Positions 38,680 through 51,495 of a DNA stretch of 64,000 bases are shown piece by piece (within the stretch, counting starts at the first letter, position 1; every line of letters starts with the position of its first letter). Under the pieces are notes generated by a model. That model ran no database searches. It had not been told where the DNA came from and was given only the letters and a program-made list of their open reading frames with translations. Source of the stretch: Heterodontus francisci (lineage: Eukaryota); assembly GCF_036365525.1 (NCBI RefSeq), contig NC_090375.1:199073864-199137863 (forward strand). Direction: 5' to 3'. A program made the position numbers and the translations under genes.

Positions 38680-40520
38680 ATAGCATAATGTAACTGGCCC
38701 AGTAATCCAGAGTCCTGGCAACTACGGCAGCTGGAAGAATTTAAGGTCAATTAAGTAAAATGTAGAATAAAAAGCTAGTCTCAGTAATGATGAACATGAA
38801 ACTACTGGATTGTCTGAAAAACCTCATCTGGTTCACTCATGTCCTTTAGGGAAGAAAATCTGCTGTTCTTACCCCGGTCTGGCTTATATGTGACTCCAGA
38901 CCCACAACAATGTGGTTGACTCTGAACTGCCCTCTGAAATATCTGAGCAGTTGTATCAAACATCTATGGAATAGTCAAATAAAAATAAAACATGACGACC
39001 CACCTGCCATCGACCTAGGCATCAGATATAACAAAGACACACCCTGCAAAGTCTTACTCATCAACATCTGGGAATTTGTGCCAAAATTGGGAGAGCTTTG
39101 TTACAGTCCAAGAGTAGTCATAATCAAAGAAGAATACTTTCCAGCCCATATCCCAGACTCTGCCTTCATAATCCCTGGGCTCTCCTGCCAGCAGGACAGA
39201 CCCATCAGAGGTGACAGTACAGTAGTATACAGTTCAGAGGGAGTGGCCCTGGGAGTCCTTAACATTGACTCCAGACCCTGTGAATCAGGTCAAACATGGG
39301 TAAGGAAACCTTCTGCTGATTAACACCTACTGGCCTCTCTCAGCTGATGAATCAGCGTTCCTCCATGTTGAATGCTACTTGGAAAAGACACTAAAGGTAG
39401 CAAAGGGACAGAATGTATTCTGTGTGGGGGACTTCAATTTCCAGCACTGAGTGGCTGGGGAGCACCACTACTGACCTAGGTGACTGAGTCCTGAAGGGCA
39501 TACATGCTAAATTGGGCCTGCAGCAGTAGTGAACCAATATGAAGCAAAGTCTACATGACCAGGTCCTCACCAATCCAACTGCTGCTGATGCATCTGTCCA
39601 TGACAGTATTGATAAGAGTGACGATTGCACAGTCCTTGTGGAGACGAAGTTCTGTATTCACACAGAGGACACCCTCCATTATGTTGTGTAGCACTACCAT
39701 GTTAATTGGATAGATTCAGATTGGATCGAGAAGCTCAAACATTGATTATGACGCAGAATATTCCTCACTCTATCACTGCCATCAGGCCAAGGGACCAACC
39801 GTGGTTCAGTGAGGAGTGTAGGAGAGCATGCCAGGAACAACAGAAGGCATATCTAAAAATGAGGGACCATACTGGTGAAATTTCAAAACAGGGCTACAAA
39901 CAGGCAAAACAGTGGAAGAAGATGCTATAATTAGATTTAATGGACTCCACAACCAAAGATTAGATCAAAGCTCTGCAGTCCTGCTGTATCCTATGGTGAA
40001 TTGTGATGGACAATTATAAAACTAGCGGAAATTCCCCATACATCCCCATTAACATTCTCATAACGAATTTTGGCAGAGGCTGGCCAGCACATCAGTGCAA
40101 AAGACAAGACTGAAGCATTTGCTACCATCTTCAGCCAGAAGTGCCAAGTGCCTTGCTCCTGCAGTCCCCAACATCACAGATGCCAGTCCAGCCAAATTGA
40201 TTTACTCCATGTGATATTAAGAAATGGCTGAGTGCACTGGACACAGCAAAGGCCACAGCCCTGACAACATCCCGGCTGTAGTGCTCAAGACTTGTGTTCC
40301 AGAACTAGCCATGCCCCTAGCCAAGCTACTCCAGTACAGCTGCAACATTGTAATGAACCCAACAATGTGGAAAATTGCACAGCTATGTCCTGTGCACAAA
40401 AAGCAGGACAAATGCAATACAGCTAATTACTTCTCCATCAGTCTACTCTCGATCATCAGCAAAGTGATGGAAGGTGTAGTCAACAGTGCTGTCAAGTGGC
40501 ACTCGCTCAGCAATAACCTG
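38680..40520 (+). mobile_element. Decayed Jockey-group LINE
   Basis: PDNIPAVVLKTCVPELAMPL..ISLLSIISKVME RT-region fragment with upstream endonuclease remnants. Confidence 0.65.
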
Positions 40521-41079
40521 CTCAGAGCTGATGAAATGTCACTCCTCAAAATGTTAATTCTGTTTCTCTCTCCATAGATGCTGCCTGACCTGCTGAGTAT
40601 TTCCAGCATTTTCTGTCTTCGTTGCACAGTGATTGCTCCCCTGTTCTTCTTCGAAATAGTGCCATGGGTTCTTTTATATGCACCTGAGAGGGCACAGAGG
40701 GCCTTGGTTTCACATCTCATCCAAAAGACAGCACCTCTGAGAGTGCAGCATTCCCTCAGTACTGCACTGTCGTATCAGTCTGGAATTTTGTGCATAAGTC
40801 CTGGTGTGAGACTTGAAACCACAACCTTCTGGTTCAGAGGCAAAAGTGCTTCCAGCTGAGCCTTGGCTGATACAGTCCCCATGACTCCAGGGATTTATGG
40901 GCACGGCGCTGTCTCCAGGAACATGACGGATGGCACTGCAGGATCCCACATGTGCTCTGATTCCCTTTGCTTCAGCCGACAACCCTCAATCCCCAATCTG
41001 ACTAATATTTAATCCTCTATATTGCAGTAAAATATCTGCCCAGTTTTTCTGTAGGATTCTGCTGATTCCTCACCCACCA

Positions 41080-41340
41080 TCTTTGTATCCTCCTCCAGCC
41101 CAAAGCCCTCCCTATTGCTGTAAACGTGGCTAGGCCTACAACCCTCCCTATCTCAGTTACCTCCTCCAGCCCCAACAATCTTCCCTATTTTTCTAACTTC
41201 CTCCAGGCCTACAAACCTCTCTAACTGTATCCTCCTCCAGCCCTAGAATCCTCCATAACTCTGTAACCTCCTTCAGTCCCTACACACCCCCCTCCCCTCC
41301 CATCACCGAAATCTCCTCCAACTCTATCTCTGTAGCTTTC
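41080..41340. repeat. Degenerate ~35-bp minisatellite (core CTCCTCCAGCCC) next to an L2-like 3' end
   Basis: At least five imperfect units. Confidence 0.6.
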
Positions 41341-42279
41341 TCCGGCCTTGAGATGCTCCAAGATTTCTGTGCTCCTCAATTCCTGGCCTCTTGTGTCTCT
41401 TGATTTTAATCCGTTGTGCCTTCAGCTGCCTGGGCCTTGAGCTCTGGAATCTCTTCACTTCTCTACCTCTCTTTTCTCCTTTAAGACACTCTTTAAAACC
41501 TGCCTCACTGGCCAATCTTCAGGCCCTCTGTCTTAATATCTGGTATTGTGTCAAATTTATTCTGTTAATGTTCCTGTGAAGTATTTTGGGATGTTTTACT
41601 ACATTAAATGTGCTATTTAATTGCAGGTTTTTGATGCTGTTGTTCAATTTATATTTTATGAACCCGATCTAAGATCCTAATTTAAGTAACAAAGTGACTC
41701 CTAGCAATGCAGCAGCCGCCGACTTCATCAGAGTGCTCCAAACTGCACACACACGCTAACGGTCTCCCGTGTGCTGAGATGCGGCGCATACGCAGCCTAC
41801 GTCTTTCCTTGCCAGGAATAACTGGTACAGGCACAGGAAAACTCGCCCCTCGGCCGCTCACTCCCCACTCCCCCTCACCACCCCCGCTCTCGGGATGCTC
41901 GCTCCCTGCTTTCCCCCACCCCCATGCCTCTAGACGTTAGCTCTAGGCCACTGGGCACGTCCCTCCTCTTGGCCACTCGCTCCGCAGGAAGAAGCAAAGC
42001 GGGTCGTGAGGTGTGACAGACCTATGTAGGAGTGAGTGGTCAAGAGGTGGGAAGCAGCCCGCGGCGTACAGCTAATATCTGCAGGGATGGGGGTGGGGGT
42101 GCACCTGCAGAGCGCGGGGGTGGTGGGGGGGGGGGGAGGTGCTGGGGTTGGGGGGGAGAGTGGGATGGTATGGAAACCTCGCAGAATTACGGAGGGTGTG
42201 CAGCACTGTCAGAGATGCTGTCCTTCTGATGAAACTTTAAACAGCGCAATGCTCTCCGAGTATCAAACATGTCCATTGT

Positions 42280-43255
42280 GTAAAAGCAAAATACTGCGGA
42301 TGCTGGAAATCTGAAATAAAAACAAGAAATGCTGGAAATACGCAGCAGGTCTGGCAGTATCTGTGGAGAGAGAAGCAGAGTTAACGTTTCAGGTCAGTGA
42401 CCCTTCTTCAGAACTGGCAAATATTAGAAATGTAAAAGGTTATAAGCAAGTAAAGCGAGGCTGGGGCAAGAGATAACAAAGGAGAAGATGTTGATAGGAC
42501 AAGGTCACAGAATAGCTGACCAGAAGGTCGTGGAGCAAAGGCAAACAATATGTTAATGGTCTGATGAAAGACAAAGCATTAGTACAGATAGGGTGTTAAT
42601 GGACTGAAAATTGAACAGCCGCAAGTACAAACATGAAAAAAACAGTGGGTAAGCAAACTGAACAAACTAAGATGAAATAAAATAAAATAAACACAAAAAT
42701 TTATAAATAAAAAAGGAAAAAGAAAAAAAAATAATGAAAAATAAAAGTAAAATGGGGGGCCTGTCATGCTCTGAAATTATTGAACTCAATGTTCAGACTG
42801 GCAGGCTGTAGTGTGCCTAATCGGTAAATGAGATGCTGTTCCTCGAGCTTGCGTTGATGTTCACTGGAGCACTGCAGCAATCCCAGGACAGAGATGTGAG
42901 CATGAGAACAGGGGGGAGTGTTGAAATGACAAGCAACCGGAAGCTCGGGGTCCTGCTTGCGGACTGAGCGGTGTTCCGCAAAGTGGTCACCCAGTTAAAC
43001 GTTGAAAGAAGTACAAGTAAATCACTGCTTCACCTGAAAGGAGTGTTTGGGGCCTGGGATAGTGAGGAGAGGGGAGGTAAATGGGCAGGTACTACACCTC
43101 CTGTGATTGCAGGAGAAGGTGCTGTGCGAAGGGGACGAGGTGGTGGGGGTAATGGAGGAGTGGACCAGGGTGTCACTCAGAGAACGATCCCTTCGGAATG
43201 CTGACAGGGGAAGGGAGGGGAAGATGCGTTTGGTAGTGGCATCACACTGGAGATG
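42280..43255 (-). mobile_element. Penelope-like retroelement, 3' part
   Basis: Minus ORF 43022-43273 (FRRDRSLSDTLVHS..CNHRRCSTC) resembles the PLE linker before GIY-YIG; its terminal repeat carries a hammerhead. Confidence 0.75.
42379..42415 (-). ncRNA. Minimal type I hammerhead ribozyme (PLE-associated)
   Basis: Minus strand AGTT-CTGAAGA-AGGGTCACTGACCT-GAAACGTT-AACT: stem I AGTT/AACT, CUGANGA core, stem II hairpin, GAAA, palindromic ACGT stem III. Confidence 0.7.
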
Positions 43256-43509
43256 TCCATTGTGTGCTGCCATGGGTTGAAGTTGTTTTTCTGTGATAAA
43301 TTGTGCAGCGCCATCTTTAATCCTGGCAGCTGCCTGATCGTCGCAGACAGTGACGTTACAGCGCCGCAGGCTGCATTTGCTAGTACAGCGCTACCTAATG
43401 GTTGCATCGTCAGCAAACCGAGCTTTTAAGCAAATAGCTACAAGCTGCAGTTTCCAAGATAAAAGCAAAATACTGCAGATGCTGGAAATCTGAAATAAAA
43501 ACAAGAACT

Positions 43510-43544
43510 GTTCTGATGAAAGGTCACTGACCTGAAACGTTAAC
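43510..43544 (+). ncRNA. Minimal hammerhead ribozyme in a PLE fragment (~43458-43621)
   Basis: GTT-CTGATGA-AAGGTCACTGACCT-GAAACGTT-AAC. Confidence 0.65.
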
Positions 43545-44903
43545 TCTGTTTCTTTCTCCACAGATACTGCCTGGCCTGCTGAGTATTTCCAGCATTTGCT
43601 GTTTGTATTTCAGATTTCCAGTAAATTTGGTGCGGAGCTTCTCAGCAGCTGGAACTATTTCCCAGGTAGAGTGTGCATTAGGAAAGTGCTGTTAATTGAG
43701 GTCAATCAATAATAAAAACAATGCATTGATAGAGCGAATTTAATGTTGGAAAATGCCTCCAGGCTCTTCGCATGAGCATATTCTGGCAAAAATAGACGCT
43801 GATCAAAAGCAGATATTAAATGAAGTCGCCAAAAGTTTGACGGAAGAGGTGGGTTTTCTTAAAGGAGGTGGAGAGTGGTGGAGAGGTGAAGGGTTCTGGG
43901 AGGTAATTTTGGAGCATTGGACCCAGATGGCTGAAGGCACGGCCCTCAATGGTGAGGCAAAGGCACAAGGATCTGAAATATTCACCAGTGGCTAAAATTG
44001 CTGCCTTTATGTACCGCGTGGTTTGAAATCGCGCTTTCAGAATTAGCGGTGGTTTATAACAGCGACAATATCAGTTAGTTTTGGCAGACGCCTTGGAGCT
44101 GGGAAATTCCTTCCAGCGCTTTTCTGTCACAATTTAATGGTGTGCAGGAGAACAAAGGGAATGTCAGAATGCACTGGATGGAGCTCCTGACCCATCAATA
44201 TTTCAGCCACAGGCCCAAACTCAGGCAATGACTGCGGAATCCGCTCTGCGGAGGGTCAAGTTTGGAAGCGAAGCGGTTGTGCTGCAAGAGTTTTTGCAGC
44301 CAACATAGGCAGGACTCTCCGTGTGGTTGTTGAGGTGGCAAGCGCCCTCAGTCACCTTTTCCTCAGATAAGCTATACAAAGCAGATGCTACCTGGGAATC
44401 TGGATGAGACGGCCACAGTGATCGTTAGCTTTCCAGAACCGCTTGAAGATACTCCCACAGGGAGTCAAGCAGGGAGTTGTAGGATTTTGAGCCAGTGATG
44501 TTGCAGAAATGGCCAAGTTAAATGATGTGTGGCGTCGAGTTGATGCTGTTCCCTGGCGCTTGCTGCCCCTGTCCTTCTAGTTAGGGATTTCCTGTCGATT
44601 TGATCACCTTGTATATAATGTTCAATGTGCCAGGGAAAGAACGAGCCAACTTGTGCTTTTATAAATCCTCTTAAAAAGTGTTTGGACTTCATTTGAGATT
44701 TTAATTTACATAATAGATAATGAATACATGTAACATTAGAAGTCTGACTGAAAGGCGTGACTTGTGTCAGATGCTACATATATACCAGTAGAGAGCAGTA
44801 TGAACAGGAAGTCGAGTCACACGTGGAATGTTGTGTTAGAGTCATTGCCCTATATATTTTATCCAGATGTTAATACAAGTGTCTCACACCTCAGACAGAC
44901 AAC

Positions 44904-45330
44904 ATGTTGCTGTGTTGGGTTGTTTTCGTGACATTTTTTCCACGTAAATAGATTTATTCTTTAAGTACGTTTTATTTCTTTTCTTCAGACTGTAAAACTA
45001 TTTGTAATCTGGTATTTCCTTCCCCACAGATGGATGTTTTGCTCAGGATTTGAAACAGAAACAACTGTCAATCACCGTGCGAACGCGGAGAAGTGCTACA
45101 ATTACGTGTGAGCTGGGTGAATCAGTCAGTGCTTCCGTTATCCATTGGTACAAACAGGCAGCGGGACAGCAGCCCGTTCGGATTCTTTACTACGATGGGA
45201 GCGTTCGTCGGGATGACGGATTCGATAAAAGGTTTTCAGCAGTGAAGAGCGGAGACAAACAATATGTTCTGCTTATTGACGGTGTAAAGGCAGAGGATGC
45301 CGCCACCTATTACTGTGCCTATTGGAAGCG
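44904..45330 (+). CDS. TRGV: TCR gamma-like V segment V5, intact (leader 44904-44943, V exon 45030-45330)
   Basis: Leader MLLCWVVFVTFFP, GTAAAT donor, CCACAG acceptor. HGCFA-QDLKQKQLSITVRTRRSATITC..IHWYKQ..DAATYYCAYWK. Confidence 0.9.
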
Positions 45331-45369
45331 CACAGAGCTAAACAGCAATTCAATCCGCTTACAAAAACC
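45331..45369 (+). other. 23-RSS of V5
   Basis: CACAGAG, 23 nt, ACAAAAACC. Confidence 0.9.
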
Positions 45370-47717
45370 TTCAACACTGCAATTCAAACATCACCAAAAC
45401 CACATCCGACTCACAACTGAAAACTGCCGAAATCTTCCTCCTTCAGTTAAAGGTTTACTCTCTCACATATCGTAAAAATTACACAAAGTAAACAGCTACT
45501 CTCACCGAGTTGTCCATTCCTTTACCTTGAGATCCGACATGGAACATCACAGGAGAAGAGGACACAGAAATGTGTCGGGTGAAATGTCCTGTTGATTTTC
45601 CCCACAGACGGTAGCCAGGCGGTGCCCAGCACGGCACTGACCCTGTCTGAGTCTTGCTCACCCATCACCCCATTGTTTTCCAGCCGCAATTGGTTCTCTG
45701 GCCCCTAACAATCGAACTGGAAATCTTGATCCTCATTTCCAAATCCTCCTCTACCCTACCTCTGCAACCTTCCCCACTTTATATCCCGGGACATGTTATT
45801 TGGTCCTCCCACTCTTGCCTCGTGTATCTCTCTGCTCCCTCATCATTCAGCCTGGAAAGTCTACAAGTTGAGATTCTTTTGCTAAACTCTCCCCTTCCAA
45901 TTTTCTCTCCAGCTTCAGAGGTTTCCACAGGAACTATCTTTTTGACGCTTTACAAATGAAGCATTATGTCCTCACCTTTCAGCAGTCTCTGTTCACTCTT
46001 CCACTCATGTTTAACTGTCATATCCCCTTTATTAGCACCTTGGTGATTTTTGAAATTAACGACAAATGAATAGGAACATAGGAACATTAGGAGACCTTTC
46101 AGTCCCATGCGTTTACTGCACCATTCAATTAAATCAAGGCTGTGTACAACTGAAGCATAACTTCTTCACTTTTGTATTCTATTTCTTTGACAGCTGTGGC
46201 TCATTGGCAACACTATCGCCTCTGAGTTAGAATGTAATGAGTTCAAGTCCCACTCCAGAAACTTGAGCATGTAATGTAGACTGACTTTCTGGTGTAGTAC
46301 TGAGGGAGTGCTGTAGTATTGAGGTAGCATCTTCCAGATGAGACATGAAACTAAGGCTCTATCTGCCCTATCAGGAGACATTACGTGTCCATGACACTAT
46401 CTTGAAGAAGAGCAGGGGAGTTACTTCTGGTGTCCTGGCCAATATTTATCCCTGCACCAAAATCATTATCTGGATTACCCAATTGCTGTTTGTGGGGTCA
46501 TGTTGTGCACAAATTGGCTGCCGTGTTTTTTTTTACATCACCACAGTGGCTACACTTCAAAAGTCTTTCTTTCTTCACTACAAAGGCCAATATTTGAGTA
46601 TCATTCTTGATTACACTTTGTTCCAGTTCCCTAGCTTTTACTCCCATGAACATCAAGATTCCATTAGACTTCTACATTTCCTAGTTTCTCACCATTAAGA
46701 AAATATTCCAGTATGTTTTTCTCTGATCGATAATGACCTCACACTTCCCCATATTGAACTCCATTTGACACAGTTTTGCCCACTCACTTTATCTCTCTAT
46801 GTCCATTTGTAATTTGCTGCTCCCATCTGCACAACTTATTGTGTCATCCACAATCTTGGACATACAGCTCCATATTCCTTTATCCACTAATATATATGGT
46901 TAAAAAAATCTGAGGCCCCATTGAGATTATTCACGAATAATCTCGTGAAAAACCTTTCCAAATACCTTCTGGAAGTCCATATAGACAGCATACATAGGCG
47001 CTTCCCTGTCCACCATGTTCGTGATTTCTTCAAAAAGTCAACTAGAACAGTTAGATGTGACCTACCCCTGACAAATCCATGCTGACTCTCTGAGCAGCTC
47101 AGTCACTCTGTCCCTGAAGACAGACTCCAGTAATCCTCCCACAATCCCTGACGCTAGGGAGCTTTGTGAAGTTATGATCAACACTCTTGTAATTTCCTCA
47201 CCCAATTTCTGGTAATACCCTGGGAAGAAACCACTAAGTCCTGGAGATTTATTTATCTGAGTTCCATTATTTCCATCATTGCAATTTTTTTGCCCAGCTC
47301 CTCTCCTTGCCTCCTTTTTGGGTTATCTGGTACCCGTTGATTCATTTGTCTATTTTCTGCTCTTCCACTGTGAAAACGGATACAAACAAGTCTGTCTGTT
47401 CGTTATTATCCTTATAATAAGGATCTGCCTTGAAATGGGTCCACAATTCCGAGCTGGTTGCTCGCCATCTTCCTATTGCCCCCAGTAGGGGGAATGAAAA
47501 GAGGTAGATTAAAAATGTCTGATAAAATCTTACATTACTCCTCCTTCTGGTGCCGGATATGTGCAGACGGCCACCCCGAGTGGTTCGAGCAAGAGGCAAA
47601 GCGCCCAGTTCATATTGGGCGAAAGTAGTCGGGGTCACTTCCTCCGAGTCTGTTGGTGCCGTTTAGTGGGGCCGGGCACAGGCGTTTCTACAGGGAACAG
47701 CCCCGGAGAAAGACAGC

Positions 47718-48278
47718 ATGTCGCCTTACTTAGCCCTGGTGCTCACTCTGTTGTCCTGTAAGTTTATCCCGAAGCAATTAAATAGTTTTAAAAAAGCACG
47801 ATGATATGCCATCGGAGGATCATATTGCACAGAAGGAGGCTATTCGGCCCATCGTGCCTATGTGGCTCGCTGAAAGAGATTCAATATCTGCAGAATCGTG
47901 TGTTGTACAGACTCTAATACCCGCATGGTTATAATGTCTCTCTCTTCTCTCTCTCTCTCTTCAGCCGCGTCTGTCGCTCCGGTGACCTTGAAACAGGAGG
48001 TTTTATCCATGACAAGGAGCGCTGGGAAGACAGCACGCTTCGTGTGCCAGATTGAAGGCTTGGACAATATAGCGACACATCCCATTTACTGGTACCAACA
48101 GAGAGGGACAGTCATCCGCGGGATCGTCCATCACCAGAGCCAGGAAACCACCTGGCTACACCCAGACTTCACCTCCCGATTCAATTTCGAAATCATGGAA
48201 GATTCTGCCATCTGCTTTCTAATAATCAATAACATTGTGCTGAGCGACACAGCCACCTATTACTGCGCCGCCAAGTCA
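47718..48278 (+). CDS. Divergent, intact V segment V6 (leader 47718-47757, V exon 47965-48278)
   Basis: Leader MSPYLALVLTLLS, GTAAGT donor, polypyrimidine-CAG acceptor at 47964. VTLKQEVLSMTRSAGKTARFVC..IYWYQQRGTVIRGI..DTATYYCAAKS. FR1 is TRGV-like but there is no CAxW. Confidence 0.85.
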
Positions 48279-48317
48279 CACGCTGGTGTTGTTTTATTGA
48301 ACCTTCGTACAAAAACC
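48279..48317 (+). other. 23-RSS of V6
   Basis: CACGCTG, 23 nt, ACAAAAACC. Confidence 0.85.
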
Positions 48318-49139
48318 TCCTGCTTTGTAAAGCTGTAGAAAGAAGTTTCTAGAGTTTATCGATCCACCAGCTCCAAAACCGCAGCAGCGAGAGAGTGGCA
48401 GCTCTGGAAACTGCACTCAGAGTTTTACCCGTCTCAACTTCCAAATCTTGGGGCCACTCCCTCCTTCCAGATGTCGGGACAACCCCTGTTTGCTCGTCAT
48501 TCACGGCAGATCTACGGCCCCTGGGAACCTCACATTACCCGCTCGTGTCTCAATCTGGCGCTTGCTACAGCAAACAGGCGCCTTGTGCTTTGAGACGGGA
48601 GGAATGCGGTAACTCCAGGTGTAAGTTGGCATTCACAGCTCCACTTCTTCAGGTGAAGCTCGTTGTAGCTGGGGCCGGGCGCTTGTTCCAACCTTGGAGT
48701 GGGGGCGGGAAGGTGGTAGAACTGCTCAAACTTCCATCCAGTTGAAGCCATCCAACACGATTGAACCTGACACCTTTCTAGCTCAGCAGCTTTCCCGGTT
48801 TCTTAATCACTCACTGTACCGCCAGGGTCAGATTTCAATAAGTTTTAAAAGTAACCGTAATATGTACAGGGACAGTTGAACACTAAGAATCTGATAGGGA
48901 ATGAAGGGATTGTTGATGTAGAAATGGATTGGACCAAGAAGAAGAGACAGTCTTAATGCACGTCATAATCTTGTACATTTCTATAAAATCTCCCCTCAAT
49001 CTCCTTTGCTCCAAGGAGAAAAATCCCAGCTTCTTCAACCTATCCTTCTAGCTAAAATCTCCCATCCCTGGATCCATTCTGGTAAATCACCTCTGCACCC
49101 ACTCAAGGACCCTCACATCCTTCCTAGCGTGTCCTCCAA

Positions 49140-51495
49140 AGGAGGACACAAATAACCTCCCAGAAATGTTAGGGAACCAAAGGTCTAATGAGAGGGAGGA
49201 ACTGAAGGAAATCAGTATTAGTAAAAAAATGTGCTCAGGAAATTAATGGGGTTAAAGGCTGACAAATCCCCAAGGCCTGATAATCTACATCCCAGAGTAC
49301 TAAAAGAAGTGGCCCTGGAAATAGTGGATGCATTGGTGGTCATCTTCCAAAATTCTATAGACTCTGGAGCAGTTCCAACAGATTGTAGGGTGGCAAATGT
49401 AACTCCACTATTTAAAAAAAAGAGGGGGAGAAAAAACAGGGAACTAGAGACCAGTTAGCCTTATATCAGGAGTGGGGAAAATGCTACAGTCTATTATCAA
49501 GGATGTGATAGCAGAACACCTAGAAAGCATAAATGGGATTGGGCAAAGTCAGCATGGGTTTACGAAAGGGAAATCATGCTTAACAAATCTACCTGAGTTT
49601 TTTTCAGAATGCAACTAGTAGAAAACACAAAAGTCCGAGTGCATCAAGCCTATGTCCTCAGTACCTTGCTCTACGGCAGCGAGGCCTGGACAACGTATGT
49701 CAGCCAAGAGCAACGTCTAAATTCATTCCATCTTCACTGCCTCCGAAGAATCCTTGGCATCAGGTGGCAGGACCGTATCTCCAACACAGAAGTCCTCAAG
49801 GCGGCCAACGTCCCCAGCATATACACCCGACTGAGCCAGCGGCGCTTGAGATGGCTTGGCCATGTGAGGCGCATGGAAGATGGCAGGATCCCCAAGGTCA
49901 CATTATATAGCGAGCTCGACACTGGTATCAGATCCACCGGCCGTCCATGTCTCCGCTTTAAAGACGTCTGCAAATGCGACATGAAGTCCTGTGACATTGA
50001 TCACAAGTCATGGGAGTCAGTTGCCAGCGCTCGCCAGAGCTGGCGGACAGCCATAAAGGTGGGGCTAAAGAGTGGCGAGTCGAAGAGACTTAGCAGTTGG
50101 CAGGAAAAAAGACAGAAGCACAAGGGGAGAGCCAACTGTGTAACAGCCCTGACAACCAATTTTATCTGCAGCACCTGTGGAAGAGTCTGTCACTCTAGAA
50201 TTGGCCTTTATAGCCACTCCAGGCGCTGCTTCACAAACCTCTCGAGACAAGGAGACCAAAGAACTAGTAGAATAGATAAGGGAGAGCCAGTGGATGTGGT
50301 GTATTTGGATTTTCAGAAGGCTTTTGATCAGGTCCCATATAAGAGGTTAGAGTGCCAAATTAAAGCACATGGGACTGGGGGGAATATACTGGCATGGACT
50401 GAGAACTGGTTGACAGACAGGAAACAGAGAGTAGGAATAAACGGGTCTTTTGCTGGGTGGCAATCAGTGACTAATGGGGTACCGCAGGGATCAGTGCTTG
50501 GGCCCTTGCTATTCACAATATATATTAATGACTTGGGTGAGGGAGCTAAATGTAACATTTCAAAGTTTTCAGATGACACACAGCTAGTGGGTGAAAGTGA
50601 GCTGTGAGGAGAATGCAAAGAGGCTCCAATGTGATTTGGGCAAGTTGGGTGAGTGGGCAAATGTATGGCAGCTGCAGTATAACGTGGATAAGTGTGAGGT
50701 TATTCACTTTGGTTGTAAAAACAGAAAGGCAGATTATTATCTGAATGGTGACAGATTGGGAAAGGGGGAGGTGTCCTTGTACACCAGTCGCTGAAAGGAA
50801 GTATTCAGGTGCAGCAAGCAGTTAGGAAGGCGAATAGTATGTTGGACTTCATTGCAAGAGGATTTGAGTACAGGAGAAAGGATGTCTTACTGCAGTTATA
50901 CAGGTCCTTGGTGAGACCACATCTGGAGTATTGTGTGCAGTTTTGGTCTCTTTATCTGAGGAAGGGTGTTCTTGCCTTGGAGGGAGTGCAAAGAAGATTT
51001 ACTAGGCTGATTCCTGGGATGCCAGGATTGACGTATGAGGAGAGATTGGGTCGACTAGGCCTATATTCACTGGAGTTTAGAAGAATGAGAGAGGATCTCA
51101 TAGAAACCTATAAAATTCTAACAGGACTAGACAGGCTAGATGCAGGGAGGATGTTCCCGATGGCTGGGCAGTCCAGAAGCAAAAGTTAAAGTCTCAGGAT
51201 ATGGGTATGCCATGTAGAACCGAGATGAGGAGAAATTTCTTCACTCAGAGGGTGGTGAACCTGTGGAATTGTCTACCGCAGAAGGCAGTGGAGGCCAAGT
51301 CATTAAATATATTCAAGAAGGAGATGGATATATTTCTTAATGCCAAAGGGATCAAGGGATATGGGGAGAAAGCGGGAGCAGGGTACTGAATTAGATGATC
51401 AGCCATGATCCTATTTGAATGGCGGAGCAGTCCCGAAGGGACAAATGGCTTACTCCTGCTGTTGTTTTCTACGTTTCTATGCTTCTATGTTTCTA
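49140..51495 (+). mobile_element. CR1 LINE with a nested RTE
   Basis: CR1 ORF2 fragments 49231-51389 and a TTCTATG tail. Confidence 0.85.
49624..50261 (+). mobile_element. RTE-clade LINE 3' end
   Basis: LLYGSEAW..CLRRILGIRWQD..RLRWLGHVRRM..CSTCGRVCHSRIGL; TSD AACTAGTAGAA at 49613-49623 and 50262-50272. Confidence 0.85.

Noticed and set aside
41080-41340. Spaced direct repeats resembling a CRISPR array or switch region
   Set aside because: Degenerate LINE-associated minisatellite in vertebrate DNA, with no unique spacers or cas genes.
45331-45475. C-terminal ORF extensions beyond the V exons (also V1, V3, V6, V7)
   Set aside because: Read-through of the RSS and flank, with no J, C or transmembrane features.
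48320-48900. Possible D or J segments after V6 or near 32640
   Set aside because: No nonamer-12/23-heptamer at correct spacing and no FGxG motif found by eye.
49609-50607. 332-aa ORF that looks like a novel fusion gene
   Set aside because: It is an RTE 3' end nested in a CR1 with an 11-bp TSD; the shared frame is most simply chance.
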